Part shown: in pieces, positions 63,044 to 64,000 of the stretch | Position numbering within the stretch: the first letter of the stretch is position 1 | Layout: every line of letters begins with the position of its first letter | Assembly (NCBI GenBank): GCA_045631145.1 | Contig: JAZQUE010000074.1 | Coordinates: 3,065-67,064, forward strand | DNA from: Eubacteriales bacterium | Lineage (GTDB): Bacteria > Bacillota > Clostridia > Oscillospirales > SIG627 | Reading direction: 5' to 3' | DNA: 64,000 bases | The notes under the pieces: generated by a model | What the model was told of the DNA's origin: nothing | Database searches by the model: none | The model's input: only the letters and a program-made list of their open reading frames with translations | Translations under genes and position numbers: made by a program

Positions 63044-64000
63044 ATGCTTAAAAATATTCCCCAAAACATCTTCCACATCAAAAGCACCACCCACAATTTC
63101 AGCCAAATGTGACAAACACTCGCGTAAGTCTTGCGAAACGAAATCGCCGGAGAGGTTCATCAGCAATCCGTCCTGTACACGATGGATGGATTCTAAAGCA
63201 CGCACCAAGGCTTCGTAATGGCGTATGTTGGTGACAATCACATCGTTCTGAGAAATCTCGGGGAGGGCAGCGGTTTCTATCAAGAGGGCTTCCAGCTCGT
63301 CCAGTCCCTTGCGGTTCTTGGCTGAAAGGAAGAGCTTGGGGGCATCCACTTCTTGGAATGATTCATTCAACTCTTCACATCTTTCCGAAGAAACTTTGTC
63401 GCATTTGTTGAACAGAACGATGAGATTCTTTCCTTCGCAATGGGGGAGGATTTCGCTCTTCAAGGCTTCCCAATCCACTTCGCTATCCGAGTCAATCATC
63501 CAGAGCACGATGTCAGCTTGGCTCATCTTCTGGAAGGTGCGCTCGATGCCGATGCTTTCCACCACATCGGTGGTCTGACGGATACCGGCTGTATCGATGA
63601 AACGGAAGGTGATGCCACGAAGGTTAATGGTATCTTCGATCACGTCGCGGGTGGTACCGTGGATATCGCTTACGATGGCTTTTTCTTCGTTCAGAAGGGC
63701 GTTGAGAAGGGTAGACTTACCGGCATTCGTTTCGCCGATAATGGCCACAGGAACCCCGTTCTTGATCGCATTCCCCACATTGAATGAATGGGCCAATCGG
63801 GCGATGACGCGTTCGATTTCATCGGCTATCTGCGAAAGTTCGGTACGGTCGGCAAACTCCAGTTCCTCGTGGTCGCTGAAGTCGAGTTCGAGTTCCATTA
63901 AAGACGTGAGGTGCAATAACTTGTCGCGCAATAGTGACAACTCCTTGCTGAATCCGCCACGCATCTGGTTCATGGCCATCCGGTGGGTTGCTGTTGAGGT
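63026..64000 (-). CDS. mnmE: tRNA modification GTPase MnmE (TrmE), 3' portion; 5' end beyond the window
   Basis: G-domain motifs GETNAGKSTLLNAL, DTAGIR and FNKCD. C-terminal tetrapeptide CIGK. The frame is open to nt 64000. Confidence 0.9.
   Translation of the reverse strand, partial: TSTATHRMAMNQMRGGFSKELSLLRDKLLHLTSLMELELDFSDHEELEFADRTELSQIADEIERVIARLAHSFNVGNAIKNGVPVAIIGETNAGKSTLLNALLNEEKAIVSDIHGTTRDVIEDTINLRGITFRFIDTAGIRQTTDVVESIGIERTFQKMSQADIVLWMIDSDSEVDWEALKSEILPHCEGKNLIVLFNKCDKVSSERCEELNESFQEVDAPKLFLSAKNRKGLDELEALLIETAALPEISQNDVIVTNIRHYEALVRALESIHRVQDGLLMNLSGDFVSQDLRECLSHLAEIVGGAFDVEDVLGNIFKHFCIGK

Overview
All calls come from reading the sequence and the supplied ORF track by hand. 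No searches were run, and hand-derived coordinates may be off by a few nt.

The window has three parts.

(1) nt 1 to about 12496 is a visibly AT-rich chromosomal island. Sampled lines are about one-third GC, against about one-half in the rest of the window. It carries six tightly coupled + strand genes: a 5'-truncated ORF, a 226-aa unknown, a NERD plus SF1-type P-loop ATPase/helicase, an 802-aa unknown, a 1342-aa DExH helicase and a 725-aa DUF1998 zinc-binding protein. The helicase plus DUF1998 pair resembles DISARM DrmA/DrmB or a split Druantia DruE. No methyltransferase or PLD gene is visible. The operon is followed by a strong hairpin, an IS21-family transposase fragment and an orphaned terminator.

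(2) nt 12497-63043 is a siphovirus-like temperate prophage of about 50.5 kb. It is bounded by an 18-bp imperfect direct repeat that duplicates the last codons of mnmE. Its content, from low to high coordinate, is:
- an HsdR_N-type nuclease cargo gene
- a lysis cassette
- tail tip, Dit and tape measure genes
- a diversity-generating retroelement (frameshifted RT, TR, VR1 in a tail-module gene, and a second remote VR2)
- an initiator-like tRNA(CAU)
- the head module
- a 4-kb opposite-strand accessory module (DUF932, DUF2786)
- a gp7-ADP-ribosyltransferase fusion, portal and terminase
- a SAM-centred trio (MetK-like, ParB-methyltransferase, AdoMetDC-like)
- replication and recombination genes
- three HTH regulators and a tyrosine integrase

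(3) nt 63026-64000 is the 3' part of mnmE.

Repeated TAnnTTTG -7 boxes point to a Bacteroidota host.

The most interesting candidates are the non-canonical helicase/DUF1998 operon, the two-target DGR and the phage SAM cluster.
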